A stretch of 61,982 nt of DNA, filler included, from Deltaproteobacteria bacterium (lineage in GTDB: Bacteria > JAUYMQ01), in the NCBI GenBank assembly GCA_030698575.1. It is 9 parts of 9 records of this genome, joined end to end, with 100 filler letters (N's around TTAATTAATTAA, not from the genome) between each part and the next. Parts side by side here need not be neighbours in the genome. Positions count along the whole stretch, not along the records: positions 59,300 to 61,982 come from JAUYMQ010000511.1; 8 more parts are not named here. One strand, written 5' to 3'. The position numbers and the translations under genes are program-made. Under the pieces are notes generated by a model, which worked only from the letters and a program-made list of their open reading frames with translations, was not told the DNA's origin and searched no databases. Below, piece after piece: positions 59,300 to 61,982 of this stretch (positions within the stretch are counted from its first letter, which is position 1; each line of letters starts with the position of its first letter).

Positions 59300-60388
59300 C
59301 TCTGTCACATTGAACGTCCCCGCGCTCACTGGAATGACATACTCACCGAAGGCGTCCGTCAGCGTCTTGCGGCCGGAGCCATCCAGAACAATCTTGACCT
59401 TCGGGATTCCAGATTCACCGTTGTCGCGCGTGCCGTTGCCGTTGGCGTCGTAGAACACCACACCAAACACCATGGCGGCCTCGCGGATGTCGACGTTGCG
59501 GATGTAAACTTGCGAACTCATGCGCACTTCCACGAACCCGTCGTTATCGAGGTGCTTCGGGTTGAGCTGGAGCGCCTCGGCTACTACGTTCACTTTCACG
59601 CGACGCACGCTGTGCAGCAACGAATCCGGAACCGGGCTGAGCGCGGCGATCTCGCCGTCGTCGAGCGCGCCATCCTCGGGGTTGTCGTCGCCCCACAGCT
59701 TGTCCGGCGTGGCCTTGTCGTTGTCGTCGTTGTAGTAATACTCGAACAACGGCGGCGGGTTGGTCCCGTCCACGTAGGCGACGGGGCCGCGTATCAGGCT
59801 GACGTTGGACTCGCGGACCAGGTTGCCCGCCGAACCGGCGTCTTGTCCCAGGACGTAGCGCTTGAGCACGTATAGGTGCGGGTTGGGGGTGTCCTCTTCG
59901 GCGTCGTCGCCGTAGTCGGCGGAGGAGACGACACCGTCCTGGTTGGAGTCGAGCGTAAAGGCAATGGTCTCGGCGCCGGTGCTGTACGACCGCGTGGGCG
60001 CGTACAGCGCCGTCCCGCTGGTCGGGTACGTGCTCGGGCTCTGCGCGGCCGAGATGGCACCCAGGGGGGTCTGGCCCTGTACCGTCTTGTCACGGTCGAA
60101 GTCACCGTTGAACACGACCTGGTAGGGGCCGGCGTGCGCCAGCGTGGGCTGCCCGTTATACGCTTCGATGTCGGAGCCCGCCGCGCGCAGGTTCTCCGTG
60201 ATGAAATCGAGCGCCACGCGCGCGTTCTGCTGGGCCCCGGCGTACTGGGTCGTGCTCGCGGAGCTCCTCTGCATCACGTTCATGACACCGGCGAACGCGA
60301 TGAGGACGACGCTGACGATCACGAGACCGAGCGCCATTTCCACCAGCGTAAAACCCTGGTTGTGAGGCTTCTTCGTCATGGTTTTCAC
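59300..60388 (-). CDS. Type IV minor pilin (PilW-like) with a C-terminal SdrD-B/Cna-like domain, 3'-truncated
   Basis: QG|FTLVE prepilin site, NLRAAG, then GVVFYDANGNGTRDNGESGI. Confidence 0.85.
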
Positions 60389-60768
60389 TGCCTTGCGCTA
60401 ATGAATGTCCGCAGCGTGCGTACGCTGTCGGAACTTGCCGTCAGAAAACTCACGCGGACCGAGATGCTCTTCATCTCTTCGATGGGACTGTCCGCGACGA
60501 CCGTCCACGAACGCTCATAATGACCGTCCAGCGGATTGTCGGGGTCGTCGTGCGTCCCGGCGTTCAGGTCCGCGTCGTTGTAGGGGAGCGACATCAAGTC
60601 TTCTATCTTTTCCTGTGCGAGGTTTACGGCGATCGACATGTTGCGGCTCCTCGTCGTCTTGGCGTTGCCCTCGGGAAGGCTTCGCATCGCCATCGTCAGG
60701 CCGATGCTGAATATCACCAGAGCCACCATGATCTCCACGAGGCTCGAGCCTTTTTGGTTCGTCAACAT
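60385..60768 (-). CDS. Type IV minor pilin (PilV-like)
   Basis: KG|SSLVEIMVAL prepilin site and LAQEKIE. Confidence 0.85.
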   Translation of the reverse strand: MLTNQKGSSLVEIMVALVIFSIGLTMAMRSLPEGNAKTTRSRNMSIAVNLAQEKIEDLMSLPYNDADLNAGTHDDPDNPLDGHYERSWTVVADSPIEEMKSISVRVSFLTASSDSVRTLRTFISARQ

Positions 60769-60786
60769 CGTTCGCTCCTCCGTCGA

Positions 60787-61272
60787 CTAGTCGATCGTTA
60801 TATTCCCGGTTCCGCTGAACACGCGGATCCTCTTGGTGGTGTCCCTGGTGTTGCGCAGGATCAGGCTTCCGCCGTCCACCGTGTTCCCCCTGCTACCGAA
60901 TGTGATCCACTGCTGGGGTATTGTGTAACTGTCGATCCCGATACCCGCGGGGAACGTCTGCACGGCGCTCGCATATTCGCCGGCGTTGAGCGCACCGTTC
61001 CCGTCGGTGTCCTCGATGTAGTAGTATTCGCCGGCGGTGGCGTCGAACACGAAAACCACGTCGGTGTTCTTCGACACCGCAGCCGTACGCGCGAGCCGGA
61101 GAAAGGTGGCCATTTGGTTGACCTCACCGTTGAGTCTCCAGGTCTGCATGAATCGTCCCATTGCGGGCACGCTCACAGCGAGCAGAAGCCCCATGATCGA
61201 GACCACGATCATCAGCTCTGTCAGCGTGAATCCGCGCCGGCCGTTTCTCGTATTTCCTCGTTCGGTGCTCAT
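60787..61272 (-). CDS. Type IV minor pilin (FimT/GspH-like)
   Basis: RG|FTLTELMIV, LRLARTAAV and ITFGSRG motifs. Confidence 0.88.
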   Translation of the reverse strand: MSTERGNTRNGRRGFTLTELMIVVSIMGLLLAVSVPAMGRFMQTWRLNGEVNQMATFLRLARTAAVSKNTDVVFVFDATAGEYYYIEDTDGNGALNAGEYASAVQTFPAGIGIDSYTIPQQWITFGSRGNTVDGGSLILRNTRDTTKRIRVFSGTGNITID

Positions 61273-61333
61273 GGTCGTGTGCCGCAACTCCTTGTCTTGT
61301 ATCGCTTCGCGTCACCCTATCCCGTGGTGAACC

Positions 61334-61350
61334 TGCAACACGGGTGCCAA
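61334..61350 (-). promoter_or_regulatory. Sigma54 promoter of the minor pilin operon
   Basis: Minus strand TTGGCAC-CCGTG-TTGCA, consensus match. Confidence 0.8.
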
Positions 61351-61807
61351 TTCCGGCGCAATGCCATAACTTGGGGACGTCGACGCCGCTCCCGCAGCCC
61401 TATTTCTGGCCTCCACCATCACTTACGCCACACCGGGGCAGGCCCAACTTCTTGTTTCCCCACCCATTCTCCGGACCCTCGATGCCCCGCGGGTGGCGCC
61501 GGTCGGCCGGGTTGCCGGAAATGGGGCAGTGAGCATCTGCAACAGGTTAGCCCCACGCGTTTTACGGACTTGTGGCCAGATTCGGCCGTTTCGTAACAAT
61601 CCGCCCTGTGGGCGCCGCCTTCTTCCGCACACCATCCCGGCTTCTCCCGCCCTTTCCCACACGTCCCCTCCGCAGTCCTTCGCGCGCATTGCCCGGCCTC
61701 CGCGTTCGGCACGACCGCGCCCGCGCGCAAACGTCAGACGGCGGGGGGACCAAGGTCCCACCGCCGCCCTCCGATCGGATCGAAAACGGACCCAGAATAC
61801 TGGAGCG

Positions 61808-61982
61808 TTAGTCGACGACCTTCGGCGTGATGAAGATGATCAACTCGCGCTTCTTCTTTACCTTGTTCGAATACTTGAACAGGTTGCCGAACACCGGGAC
61901 GTCCTTGAGCACGGGCAGACCGCTCTCGTTGGTAGACTCCACCTCGCTGATCAAGCCGCCGATCACCGCGGTCTCGCCGTCC
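61808..61982 (-). CDS. Secretin (PilQ/GspD) C-terminal fragment (not in the ORF track)
   Basis: Manual translation: DGETAVIGGLISEVESTNESGLPVLKDVPVFGNLFKYSNKVKKKRELIIFITPKVVD*. Confidence 0.92.
   Translation of the reverse strand, partial: DGETAVIGGLISEVESTNESGLPVLKDVPVFGNLFKYSNKVKKKRELIIFITPKVVD

Overview
This window is not one locus. It is nine GC-rich bacterial contig pieces joined by eight artificial 100-nt linkers (N-run + TTAATTAATTAA + N-run): 1-2552, 2653-9582, 9683-36972, 37073-40427, 40528-44105, 44206-46840, 46941-49975, 50076-59199 and 59300-61982. It looks like a MAG or bin concatenation, so no synteny can be inferred across linkers and the pieces may come from different organisms. 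Most content is housekeeping: cytochrome c oxidase coxBA, hflX, fabH (interrupted by an in-frame TAG), an acyl-CoA dehydrogenase, mutS2, nadK, degP, an OmpR-type regulator, HPF, patatins, ccmF/G/H, Ca/Na antiporters, glycosyltransferases, LysM-dprA-topA-trmFO and type IV minor pilins with a secretin. I saw no rRNA, tRNA, CRISPR array or intact transposase. The strongest candidates for new biology are: (1) one 429-aa protein that seems to fuse an uncharacterised domain, a catalytically altered Tox-REase-7-like nuclease and an Imm70-like immunity domain; (2) a lipoprotein with a halocin-C8-like Cys-rich tail; (3) a secreted HCxCH/poly-Pro leader protein in front of a His-rich outer-membrane protein, resembling DUF2946/CutF/CruR ribosome-stalling metal sensors; (4) a 30-aa bL37-like ribosomal protein gene missing from the ORF track; (5) an sRNA or attenuator before fabH; and (6) several inferred operators, including a palindrome shared by the phasin and patatin promoters, an 11-bp-periodic array before degP and a motif shared by two Rrf2 promoters. 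All family assignments come from reading motifs by eye, not from database searches.
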